From positions 1 to 55,778 of the forward strand of contig CAYLZE010000023.1 in the NCBI GenBank assembly GCA_964388035.1: 55,778 bases of DNA, in the 5' to 3' direction. The DNA comes from an uncultured archaeon. GTDB taxonomy: Archaea; Asgardarchaeota; Lokiarchaeia; Sigyniarchaeales; SOKP01. Shown here one piece after another: positions 1 through 9,548 of the stretch. Under the pieces are notes generated by a model that was not told the origin of the DNA, ran no database searches, and saw only the letters and a list, made by a program, of their open reading frames with translations. The position numbers and the translations under genes were made by a program. The stretch's first letter is position 1, and each line of letters starts with the position of its first letter.

Positions 1-677
1 TAATTAATAGGAAAATTGGCATGAAATCGAGAATCTAAATCTGCGGGATTAATGTTAAAAATGGGCTGATTATATCCTTCCAAGACGACAATTTCCCCGC
101 AATGAGGGCATTCATAGTGAAATTTCATCTTATCCATTTTTTTTTGACATTTAGGACAGGTTCGGTTTTCTAAAATTCTCCATTTAATGATTTCTAACCT
201 CTTCTCTCTCTCTTCTTGCTCCTTGGTTTTTTCTGGCATGCTCTCGTATTTACCCGTAAACTTCCAAAATTGGTCATAATTTTGATCTATCTTTTTTAAT
301 GCTTCTATTACATTTTTTAACACGTAAGGTTCATAAATCTTGATCATTCCCGCATGCCGATTAATTGATTGTTTCCACCATGAAAGTCTAACATACTTTT
401 CTCCTTTCAACAACGGATTTCGACAAATCAATAACGCAAGCATCCGATTCTCTGTTTTATTTACAATTACTCCCGATTCCGCAATTTCATACTGTTTATT
501 AAGGGAAGCATTTTTATGAAACCATTCTCCATCCAACAATGTCCCAATTAATGCCTCTTTTTCTTTTTCAGGTTCTTTTTCTTCGGATTTTTCTTTAATG
601 ATCTTTTTGCAATTTGGACATTGGTAAATTCCCGCTACCAATAATTCCATTTCTATCGCACAGGAAGGACATTTCAT
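1..677 (-). CDS. Zn-ribbon-containing hypothetical protein (partial, runs off window start; absent from ORF track)
   Basis: ATG at 675-677 gives MKCPSCAIEMELLVAGIYQCPNCKK...TCPKCQKK...YECPHCGE...; frame open to position 1; two CxxC..CxxC ribbons. Confidence 0.8.
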   Translation of the reverse strand, partial: MKCPSCAIEMELLVAGIYQCPNCKKIIKEKSEEKEPEKEKEALIGTLLDGEWFHKNASLNKQYEIAESGVIVNKTENRMLALLICRNPLLKGEKYVRLSWWKQSINRHAGMIKIYEPYVLKNVIEALKKIDQNYDQFWKFTGKYESMPEKTKEQEEREKRLEIIKWRILENRTCPKCQKKMDKMKFHYECPHCGEIVVLEGYNQPIFNINPADLDSRFHANFPIN

Positions 678-698
678 GATAATACTTTTATATATATA

Positions 699-1790
699 TT
701 AATTTGTAGTCAATAATACTCGTTCAAAATCTAAATTTAATAATTTAATTTGCTTTTTTGTAAGAGATGTTATATAATCATTGATAGGTATGAGTTGTTC
801 TCTTAAATGGATGAGATCATTTTGAATCTTATCAATCAAATTATCTTCATTATATGAAACCTTCTCAATAAAGGTTAAATAATCCAGTTTTTTCTTCTTT
901 CCTGAATAATATCCCTGCATTTGTTCAATCCTATGTTCAATTTTCTTCATGCCATATTTCTTTTGTATTAATTTCATGAGATGGTCATGCCATTCCATAA
1001 AAACAGGTTCACTTTTTACATTTTCTCCATGATTAAATTTATCTGAGAGCTTGATTTTTTCATCTTTTAAATAGGGAAAAATTTCTTTATTCTCATCCAA
1101 GGCTTGAGATATTTTTTTCTGCACGGGTCTGCTAATAAGCAAGGGATCATAAATCTCTAAGTATTCGTCCAATTTAGTTTGTATTTCTTCAAATCGTTCA
1201 AAAAATCCTTCAATGGTATGTTCTATCTTAATTGCTTGGAAAACATTTCCAAATTCATCGAATATGTCATACATGTCATCAGAAAGCGTGAAATCACCTT
1301 CTCTTGTTTCATAAAGAAAAGCATGGATCACGCCCGTAGATTGACAGCGAATTCCTTTTAAACGAGTTAAAGAAAGATTAAACTCTCTTCTTGTCACGGC
1401 CTTAAATTTTTTGGTAATGAATAGAAATAATGTTTCATCTGGAACGATAATAGTATCATTTTCAATGAGAATAGGATCACAAAATTTAATTACAAAGTCT
1501 TCCTCTTTTTGTTCCAATTCTCTTAAGGATCTTATGTTCCGAATATAACCCAAATCGACGGCGGTTTCTAAAAACCAGGGTTCCCAGAAAGTTAATAAAT
1601 TACCCTTATATACCTCATCTAACCCCATCACCCTCTCATGAGACTCCACGATTTTTGGATCGGATAAATTTCTGAAGAGATCGTTTCTTGTAATGTATAA
1701 AAAAAGAAGAATATACCTCATTGAGGAATCTTCCAGAATTTTATTGATGAGTTCTTTATCCCATTCTAATGATAATTTATTATGTTCCAT
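699..1790 (-). CDS. hypothetical protein (possible wHTH followed by coiled-coil)
   Basis: 363-aa ORF with protein-like composition; no family recognised. Confidence 0.75.
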   Translation of the reverse strand: MEHNKLSLEWDKELINKILEDSSMRYILLFLYITRNDLFRNLSDPKIVESHERVMGLDEVYKGNLLTFWEPWFLETAVDLGYIRNIRSLRELEQKEEDFVIKFCDPILIENDTIIVPDETLFLFITKKFKAVTRREFNLSLTRLKGIRCQSTGVIHAFLYETREGDFTLSDDMYDIFDEFGNVFQAIKIEHTIEGFFERFEEIQTKLDEYLEIYDPLLISRPVQKKISQALDENKEIFPYLKDEKIKLSDKFNHGENVKSEPVFMEWHDHLMKLIQKKYGMKKIEHRIEQMQGYYSGKKKKLDYLTFIEKVSYNEDNLIDKIQNDLIHLREQLIPINDYITSLTKKQIKLLNLDFERVLLTTN

Positions 1791-2032
1791 GAAAATCGAA
1801 AATTGACTTGTTATTAATAATTAATAATTACTTAGAATTCCTTTAATAATTAATTCCTACCACTTCAAACTAAACCAAGCAAGGTAAAGAATGTACCATT
1901 TCCAAAAAAGTTTTTGGTTTGGTGTTGGGTTTTAAAGGGTTTAAAGGATCTGCTTATTTAATTCTTCCATAAAGTATTTTAGGATGTATTTTCTAATGTA
2001 ACATAAATAATAATAAAAAAATAGGCGATTGC

Positions 2033-2620
2033 ATGGGAAGAAGGAAAAGAAAGCAGCAGACATACAAGCGGGTCAAGAGAGTGCCTAAGATTTTTACATG
2101 CCCCAATTGCGGTGAAAAATCCGTAAAAGTGACGGATCTTAAAGGCAATAAGCCCTTCGCGACGGTAAAATGTGGAAAATGTGGATTAACGAAAGAAGTC
2201 ATGGTGAATTCTATTGCTGAACCTGTGGATGCTTTCGGAGATTTTATTGATATTTATTATGCCGATCAAGAATTATTACGTTTGGAAAAAAGAATTAAAA
2301 AACTTAAAAGTGAAGACGAATGGGGAGATATTGCATTAGCTTACTCCATATTATCTGATCTCTGCAGGACAAAAGCTGCCATTTTGTTAGAAGAAGAAGA
2401 AATTAACATGGAAGAAGTTAATGAATGGAAACTGAGATCAGAACAATATAAAAGGCTGGAAAAAGACGCAATCTTGAAATTAGATACGCAAGAATTAGAA
2501 AGACGCTCTTCCGTTCGGACTGATGAAGAGAGTTTATTTTCTGAGCATGAGGAGGGCGGCGTTCGCAGAGAAAAGAAAATCAAGGATGTCTTTGATGATC
2601 CCGGCTTTCTAGAATTCTAG
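2033..2620 (+). CDS. elf1: transcription elongation factor Elf1 with long C-terminal extension
   Basis: MGRRKRK basic N-terminus, FTCPNCG...VKCGKCGL zinc ribbon, EPVDAFGDFID helix typical of Elf1. Confidence 0.9.
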   Translation: MGRRKRKQQTYKRVKRVPKIFTCPNCGEKSVKVTDLKGNKPFATVKCGKCGLTKEVMVNSIAEPVDAFGDFIDIYYADQELLRLEKRIKKLKSEDEWGDIALAYSILSDLCRTKAAILLEEEEINMEEVNEWKLRSEQYKRLEKDAILKLDTQELERRSSVRTDEESLFSEHEEGGVRREKKIKDVFDDPGFLEF

Positions 2621-2899
2621 AATTGAAGAGCTTGCGAATTCTTGCCTTATCTTATTTCTAAATTTATATTTAGTTACTTAACGTCTTTTTATTACCCTCA
2701 TGGAACATTTTTCGATAATCGCGATATTATCGTCTAACTTCTTAAGGTGCTCTAAATTTTAAAGCCGAGAATATTTTACTAAAGGATTGATATTCCTCTT
2801 CACAAATAGGAAATTACAACCTTCTTAACCAACCCTTCCGAATTCAAAAGGAAATATAGCGTTTGAAAAGGTTAAAAAACAAGGGGATAAGTCTTTTTT

Positions 2900-4645
2900 T
2901 TAATTAATTAATGCCCTATTTTTAACTTTTAAAGGGACATCCTTCCATATGGGTAATTTTAAAATTTTTTTTAAAAATTGCCTTAAACTCAATCTATTTT
3001 TTATTATAAAATAACTCCAATTGTTAAAAGCAAGTTTGTTAAATAATTTCATCAAGGTTATTCCTATGGGATTATATTTATAGGCGAAAAATCGTGCAAT
3101 AAATGCACCCAGCCTCTTAACTTGGGGTACTGATTCAGGATATACTGATTCTGCCAGAGATCTATGAAACATTTCATAGATAGAAATAATAGGTATCAAT
3201 ATATCCAAGAATTCTCTTACTTTATGATTATAATTTTTATTATCAATTGCTAACGTTGAAAATTCACTTATTTTTCTCACGGCATAATTGAATTGTCGTT
3301 CCCTAAAATATAGCCAAATTTTTGCCATATCATCTCTTAATTTTTTGATTTGTTGTAGAATTGGGGCATTATTAAATTGAAATTCAAACTTTTTTTCATA
3401 ATAAGAAATATATGCTAATAAAATCGAATTTCTGGAGTGTTTGTCAATGAACTGTTGATTTTTATCATCTGAGATCAAATATCTAAAGATTTTTTCATTT
3501 TTCTTCGGTTCATGAACCGTATGGGTGTATAAAGGCGTATCAAAAAGTATTTCCTTCAATCCATTCATTAGATGGATGGAATGATCATCATGGATTAAAG
3601 AGGAATATATAGAAGGATAATTCGCTCTTAAATAGGGAACCTTTTTAAATCTATTCAGGGATTTACTCGTCCAAAATTTGATCTTCTCCAGTAGGGATAA
3701 TGTTTTCAAATCCATGCTTCTCTTCTTTTTCAACCCCGTCAATTGTTCTTGTATCATTTTCGATAATTGTAGCAATTCAAGAACGTAAGAGAAAAAATCC
3801 ACGTCGTATTCTTCCTTAATTTCTTCACTTGGGATTAGACGAACGTTCATCAGGGATTTCATATCAATCTTATTATCAATGCTCATTGCATGATCTCCAA
3901 TAGAATACGAGAATATAACGTGAGCTAGCACTTCTTTTAAAGAGGAAAATCTTCCTATTTTTTTTGGTTTATTAGAATAAAAACCATGTAACAATGTATC
4001 AAAGACATAAAAAGATTTATCAGTAAATTCGGAAATAATTATTGACTCAAATTCTCCGGGATGATGGCGAATAATATTGAATTTGTTCCCCACGAGACTA
4101 ATAGCTTGATTTGATTTATGACATACCGTATAGACCCATTTTAAAAAGGGATCTAAATAATGCTGGATTCTTGAGTCATAGTTGTAAAATTGGGGAGAGA
4201 ACATTATAGGAAAACCAAATCCTCGGGAAGTGGAAAAAATGAATTGAAATAAATGCCTATATTTTTCACCTTTAAGAATCCCGGGATACTTAAAATGCAG
4301 AACATATTGGGGAAATAGAGCATCAAAACCCAAGCTCATCCATGCTTCGAAAAGAAGGATACTATCGGGAAAGCGAAAGGAATCTTTCTTGCTGGAAAAG
4401 TCTTCCGTTAATGCATCCAAAGCAGTGGGAACCAGGAAGAGCCAATCACTATCATTCAAGGACTTCATTCCTTCGCGAAACTTTTGAAGAAGCTTAGGTT
4501 TAAGTTCATTCTGAATATCTTTCTTTTTCTTATAATAATTGTTCATTACCCGTATTAATGAAACAACCTCTAAAATTCTCCTTTGAAGGTCATTTGCCAC
4601 TTTTACATGAAATTGAGATGGTTGGTTCTTTTCTATTGGCTGCAA
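2900..4645 (-). CDS. hypothetical protein
   Basis: 581-aa ORF, no recognised motif; start uncertain. Confidence 0.7.
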   Translation of the reverse strand: MQPIEKNQPSQFHVKVANDLQRRILEVVSLIRVMNNYYKKKKDIQNELKPKLLQKFREGMKSLNDSDWLFLVPTALDALTEDFSSKKDSFRFPDSILLFEAWMSLGFDALFPQYVLHFKYPGILKGEKYRHLFQFIFSTSRGFGFPIMFSPQFYNYDSRIQHYLDPFLKWVYTVCHKSNQAISLVGNKFNIIRHHPGEFESIIISEFTDKSFYVFDTLLHGFYSNKPKKIGRFSSLKEVLAHVIFSYSIGDHAMSIDNKIDMKSLMNVRLIPSEEIKEEYDVDFFSYVLELLQLSKMIQEQLTGLKKKRSMDLKTLSLLEKIKFWTSKSLNRFKKVPYLRANYPSIYSSLIHDDHSIHLMNGLKEILFDTPLYTHTVHEPKKNEKIFRYLISDDKNQQFIDKHSRNSILLAYISYYEKKFEFQFNNAPILQQIKKLRDDMAKIWLYFRERQFNYAVRKISEFSTLAIDNKNYNHKVREFLDILIPIISIYEMFHRSLAESVYPESVPQVKRLGAFIARFFAYKYNPIGITLMKLFNKLAFNNWSYFIIKNRLSLRQFLKKILKLPIWKDVPLKVKNRALIN

Positions 4646-4913
4646 ATGGATTATCCTTATCTTTATTTACTTAAATTAAAAATGATTAAATCATTACTAT
4701 AATTGGGAATTATAAAAAATTAATAAAATTAATTCTTACCAAAATCTTCATTTTCTTAAATTCCATTTCTTAAGGATATTATAAAATAATATCAAAATAA
4801 ACTTGGGAGTAAACGTGATATTGACCTTAAAAAAAGGAATTATTTAACAGTCCTAATAGCGATTAAAAACATTTAAGGTTAAAAAAAGCAAATGCTTGAT
4901 TAGTTCAATATTT

Positions 4914-5351
4914 TTATTGTTGCTGTCGTTTTGCAAATAACTCCTTTAATTCTCCCATTATTGCTCCTCTAAGACTAACAGGATTTGCAGGTCGACTTGG
5001 AGCAGGTGCTGGACCACCCGGAGGCCCCCCTGGAGGGGGAGGAGGTCTCATCCCAGGACCACCCGGAGGTCCCCCTGGAGGTCCCCCTGGAGCAGGGCTA
5101 GCAGCCAATTTTGGAGCTGCACTTCCAACACCTCCAGCTTTAATGGAGGAAACATCAGAATTAATGGCATTAATCCGGGATTCAAGTCCAGAAATCCTAT
5201 TTTGAACTTGGGCTAATGATTGATCAACAAGGTCGGGAATGCGCAATATGATGCTCATAATTTTTTCAACAATGTCTCCAAAAGCATTTATTTTTTCTTC
5301 CAAAGGACTTTTTTTTGCCTCAGCGAGAAATTTATTGAACTCATCGGCCAT
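4914..5351 (-). CDS. coiled-coil / polyproline / C-terminal amphipathic helix protein (WAVE/WASH/VASP-like architecture)
   Basis: Heptad region VQNRISGLESRINAINSDV, GPPGGPPGGPGMRPPPPP tract, terminal SLRGAIMGELKELFAKRQQQ; function is inference. Confidence 0.8.
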   Translation of the reverse strand: MADEFNKFLAEAKKSPLEEKINAFGDIVEKIMSIILRIPDLVDQSLAQVQNRISGLESRINAINSDVSSIKAGGVGSAAPKLAASPAPGGPPGGPPGGPGMRPPPPPGGPPGGPAPAPSRPANPVSLRGAIMGELKELFAKRQQQ

Positions 5352-5636
5352 TTTTTTTACTCACTTTTAAATTATTATTGTCGGTGCTTATTTTATAATT
5401 ATTATATATGTTTCATGCTAATAAATTTATTTCATCTTTTTTATGGAAGTAAATAGGGATTGGAATTAATAGTGTTCAAAATTTTTATAATGGGATTATA
5501 ATCATGGCTGAACCTTAAAGTTTAAAATGATATTTTCTTTTTGATTTGGGAACTTACTATGAGAAAAGATCCCGATCACGTGCCCTAAAATTAATAAAAA
5601 AACGGGAAAAAAAGAGAATTTAATTACATAGTAAGT

Positions 5637-6257
5637 TTAGCTCATTCCTTTGATGGTATTTTTTAATTTAATCCAAAGATCATTGACTTCTTTTCTGGTT
5701 TCATTTAATTGCTCAACTTTTTTTAAAAAAACATCACGCGCCCTATCAAATTCTCGTTGGGAATCATTTAATTCCACATCCAGTCTATCCAATTTTTCTC
5801 CTTCGATCATTTTATTCTTAGCTTTTTCCACGCTTAGTGCTTTTCTAATTACATCCGTCCTTTTGTCTGCTTCTTCTTCTAATGTACCTGCAAATTCGCT
5901 TTCTAGTTTAATCAAGTAATCTTTTTTAACTGCAAGATCTTTGATGGCATTTAAATAATTATTTACTACTTCTATATATTCATCGTTTTCATGGACCATA
6001 TCCTCATAGATTTTAACATCTTCGTCTTTAACATTAGAACGGCTCTCACGATTGAGAGTTTGCAATTGTTTTAAGACATCCCGCATCGTGCGATTCAAGG
6101 ATTGTCGAGCAATATTCAGCTCGGAAAGATCATCGGCTAAAGTTTTCTGAGCCTTCATGACAGACCTTTGATTTTTAGCAACGTTGTTCACTCGCGAAGC
6201 GAGCTCTTTTTCTAATTTAGATAGAATTAATTCATCTTCATGGGTAATAATAGGCAA
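5637..6257 (-). CDS. all-helical coiled-coil protein, possibly BAR/IMD-like
   Basis: 206 aa, nearly Pro/Gly-free heptad pattern; GAGGTGA Shine-Dalgarno upstream of TTG start. Confidence 0.75.
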   Translation of the reverse strand: MPIITHEDELILSKLEKELASRVNNVAKNQRSVMKAQKTLADDLSELNIARQSLNRTMRDVLKQLQTLNRESRSNVKDEDVKIYEDMVHENDEYIEVVNNYLNAIKDLAVKKDYLIKLESEFAGTLEEEADKRTDVIRKALSVEKAKNKMIEGEKLDRLDVELNDSQREFDRARDVFLKKVEQLNETRKEVNDLWIKLKNTIKGMS

Positions 6258-6401
6258 CGTTATTCACCTCTTTACTCTTCTCTCTCCATTAGATTTTTCA
6301 ATTTTGAAGTAATAATTTGGAAATGTACTTACCTCTTTATTATAATATTGCAAACAAATAAAGGTATTTTAATTTAATGTTCATGGTTTCAAAGGAACTC
6401 A

Positions 6402-7442
6402 TTAAGGAGGAAAACACCCCGTTAGAATATTATATTTATAATTCGCTTTAATCACTCTTGCAGTTATTCTTTTTCCTAACATTTCGGGAGAGAAGGAGAA
6501 AGGTTGTTTTAATACGATTTTCATGCCTTGCCTTGGATTGGTGTGCATAATTCCAATACATTCCGTATTCCATCTTCCTTTTGAGACGATGATTAAGTCT
6601 ACGAGTTCATTTTTTGAAAAATGGGCGTTATATGAGGAGGGGCAAGGTTTTATGTCAAAATCATATGGACCAAGTTTTAACTTAATCTCATGTTTTTTTT
6701 CCAATTCTGATAATTGATGATAAAAATAGCCCCAACTTTTTGGTCGAACCTTCTTAAGCGTTCTTCCCGTGGAATAGATCAAATATTTTTGAATCCCAAT
6801 TTGTATTTTTTTCTCGGAGTAGCCTTCATCCCTCAACTTTTTTATGTATCTAATGATTTCTTCTATATCCTTATCATTTTCGCCAGGAAACCATACTGGA
6901 GCGATTAGAACATCCATATCCGTGGTTAAGATATACTCTACATTTTTAATGAGCAAATTCATATCATATGCTTTAGAATTACATAAATATCGTGCTATTT
7001 TTTCATCTAAAGTGTTTAGACTAATGTTAATCCGTGTTACATGCCGTTCATTTAATCCATCAATAAGGTGGTTGGTTAATAATATTCCATTACTTTGAAG
7101 GGAGATGCGTTTTATCTCTTTAAGTTCCCATAAGGATTCGATCAGCTGTAATAAGTCAGGATATAATAAGATTTCACCATATGGCGAGAAGTGTATTTCA
7201 ATTTCACAAGAACTTTTAATAGCGATAACTTTCTTTAATGCATCTATAAGATAATCCTTATCAATGATAAATTCCGTAGTAAATTCACCCCCTCGGACAA
7301 AACAATAACGACATTTAAGATTACAAAGGGTACTTGGTTTTAATTCAATAATATTGGTACCTCTATCGATGATACCCAGAAAATCCACGCCAATGAGTGG
7401 AATTTTTGACTCTTTATTTACATAAATAATTTGCTCATTCAC
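6402..7442 (-). CDS. radical SAM protein (archaeal family, possible C-terminal TRAM-like domain)
   Basis: CNLKCRYC cluster motif, GIIDRGTNIIE N-terminal motif, GEILLYP, SNG. Confidence 0.9.
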   Translation of the reverse strand: MNEQIIYVNKESKIPLIGVDFLGIIDRGTNIIELKPSTLCNLKCRYCFVRGGEFTTEFIIDKDYLIDALKKVIAIKSSCEIEIHFSPYGEILLYPDLLQLIESLWELKEIKRISLQSNGILLTNHLIDGLNERHVTRINISLNTLDEKIARYLCNSKAYDMNLLIKNVEYILTTDMDVLIAPVWFPGENDKDIEEIIRYIKKLRDEGYSEKKIQIGIQKYLIYSTGRTLKKVRPKSWGYFYHQLSELEKKHEIKLKLGPYDFDIKPCPSSYNAHFSKNELVDLIIVSKGRWNTECIGIMHTNPRQGMKIVLKQPFSFSPEMLGKRITARVIKANYKYNILTGCFPP

Positions 7443-7450
7443 TTATGGTA

Positions 7451-8530
7451 TCACCATTTATATCTCAAGATGCCGACTAGTGAGCCTAGATCCTTGAGTT
7501 GTTGTCCCGGGGAATTATTACTGCTTAAAATGTAAATTTTACCTCCATAATGTTTTACGTTATTTAAGATTTTTTCTATTTGTAATTTGTGTTCTTTAGA
7601 TGTACCTCGTAAAAGTTCATCAATTAATAAAAGTTCTTCGATTGCACCCTTTTCAGAGGCCTGCGTGACCTCATCTTGACCTATTACAATTAAATCAGGA
7701 TCGGTACTAAATAAATAGATGATTTTTTCAATCTTCTCCGATTCTTGAAAGACTTTTACCTTTTTTGTTAATTTATTTAATTTTTCCGATTTTAAAGTTT
7801 CAAGTACGGCACTTTGAGTTCCGGAAGTAGCATGGACATTTTCTATCGGAGGAAGGGTGTTTGATTCTAATTGTTCTTTTATGAATTGTTCCAGCTGGAT
7901 TCTCGTATTTCCCGGTCCACAAAGTATCATTAAATTTAGGGGTGAGCTTTTGATCTGTTCTGAGAGAACTGTCGTAATTTCCTCGTAAAATTCTTTATAG
8001 ATCTTATTACGATGGGTTTTTTCATATCTTTTTCCGGGTATAGTTTTTTTAATGGTAGCAATTTGATTGTAGCTATAATTGGTGATGAGGGCAATAGTAG
8101 CTAGTCCCGATTCGACAGCAATTACGAGCATGACAAAGTTTTCTGTTAGCTGAGAGGATTCTTTGAGTTGTTCTAAATCATGAATTAACCATTTTTCTTT
8201 AATAATTTCTAATGTATCATGAATTTCTACATTAAAGGTGTGATAGGAGCCATAACTTACGAAATCTTCGGGTCCTTTTAATATCGTTCCTTTAATCCTT
8301 AATCGATTAGAAAATTCATGAAAAGCAACATCCTCCACATTTAACGTCAATCGCATGGTTTTTCGTTCTCCCGTGGTCCCTTCCTTGAGGATTACTCGAC
8401 GTTTCGTCATCATAGACACGTGATCGTCCTTTGAGATGATATTATATAACGTCCACAAGTCATTCAAGGATTCTACCTTAAGTGCAATCAATCCTTCTTG
8501 CTCTTTTAGGTTCTTTTCTAATATTTTCAA
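7451..8530 (-). CDS. pelA: pelota / Dom34 ribosome rescue factor
   Basis: ESLNDLWTLYNII, RLRIKGTI, GSYHT, PG, GQQLKDLGSLVGILRY. Confidence 0.95.
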   Translation of the reverse strand: MKILEKNLKEQEGLIALKVESLNDLWTLYNIISKDDHVSMMTKRRVILKEGTTGERKTMRLTLNVEDVAFHEFSNRLRIKGTILKGPEDFVSYGSYHTFNVEIHDTLEIIKEKWLIHDLEQLKESSQLTENFVMLVIAVESGLATIALITNYSYNQIATIKKTIPGKRYEKTHRNKIYKEFYEEITTVLSEQIKSSPLNLMILCGPGNTRIQLEQFIKEQLESNTLPPIENVHATSGTQSAVLETLKSEKLNKLTKKVKVFQESEKIEKIIYLFSTDPDLIVIGQDEVTQASEKGAIEELLLIDELLRGTSKEHKLQIEKILNNVKHYGGKIYILSSNNSPGQQLKDLGSLVGILRYKW

Positions 8531-8765
8531 AGTGTTACCTCTTCTCGTTGAATATAGGAGTTTTTTTTAAATAATCTTGATGCTTTCTGCATGGTATTCA
8601 TTCCATAAACTATAACACTCCTTCCCTAAAAAGTTTAAATTTCAACTAGTTAGAATCGAAATTCTTTAAAACAACGGCATGATAATAAAAAAGATAAAAA
8701 ATAAAAAGAGTGATAAAAAATAAAAATAGAGATAAAAAATAATTTTCTAATTAATTCTTCGAGGA

Positions 8766-8921
8766 CTAACCTTTTTTTTCAAGAGCATCCTTAACCTTTG
8801 CAAGCTCTTCTTGTCGTTTCCTTTTCTCTTCTTCCCTCTTTTTTAAATCGCTCTCATCAGGTTTTTGAAGCGGTACACCTTTTTTGATTTCAGCTTCGAG
8901 TTCCTTATCTATAGGAGACAT
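8766..8921 (-). CDS. 51-aa microprotein with WH2-like motif (below ORF-track cutoff)
   Basis: ATG 8919-8921 to TAG 8766-8768: MSPIDKELEAEIKKGVPLQKPDESDLKKREEEKRKRQEELAKVKDALEKKG; GAAGGTG SD-like upstream; GC-richer than flanking intergenic DNA. Confidence 0.7.
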   Translation of the reverse strand: MSPIDKELEAEIKKGVPLQKPDESDLKKREEEKRKRQEELAKVKDALEKKG

Positions 8922-9098
8922 CTTTTCACAACACCTTCATAAATGAAATTTATTTCATTACTTAATTGTTATTTTATTACTTATACTATTATAACAAAAT
9001 TTGCATTTTTAAATTTTGAGAAAAAAAAAACTAACTAGAATACTATGGAATTAATATTGATATGATAATTTTCGCTTAAGTCTGAGATATTTTCATTA

Positions 9099-9548
9099 TT
9101 AAAGTTGTAATTCCATTAAAAAAGCGCTTTCTCCATTCCTATAATAATTCTCTATCTCTTTTAAGACCACAAAATTAAACTTTTTATATAGTTTAAGTGC
9201 GGGAATGTTATTTGTTTTTACATTAAGGTGAATTTTAGTTATTTTTTTCATGGTACTTAATTGTTGAATGGTGTATTGTAATAATGTAGATCCATAATGC
9301 TTATTTTGTTCACTTGGGCGGATCGCGATGTTAATAATATTCGCCGAATCAGCATTTTCTTTAATGACAATAATGAACCCCATAATCTCTTTAGGGTCTT
9401 CTGTTAATTTAATTGTATGAAAGATTAAATGGTTTCTAATTAACATTTTCATCAAGCGTTTTGAAAAAGCATCTTGATTAAATACGGCGTTTTCAATTTG
9501 CATTAATTGTTGCAAATCCATATCCAGTACTTCTTCTACAATAACCAT
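9099..9548 (-). CDS. rimI: RimI/Ard1-family N-acetyltransferase
   Basis: NIAIRPSEQNKHYGSTLL, LNVKTNNIPALKLYKKFNF, NYYRNGESAFLM. Confidence 0.9.
   Translation of the reverse strand: MVIVEEVLDMDLQQLMQIENAVFNQDAFSKRLMKMLIRNHLIFHTIKLTEDPKEIMGFIIVIKENADSANIINIAIRPSEQNKHYGSTLLQYTIQQLSTMKKITKIHLNVKTNNIPALKLYKKFNFVVLKEIENYYRNGESAFLMELQL

Noticed and set aside
5010-5095. GGAGGTCCCCCT repeats as a DNA repeat or CRISPR
   Set aside because: They encode the GPPG polyproline tract; no spacers. No CRISPR array, transposase or integrase was seen anywhere in the window.
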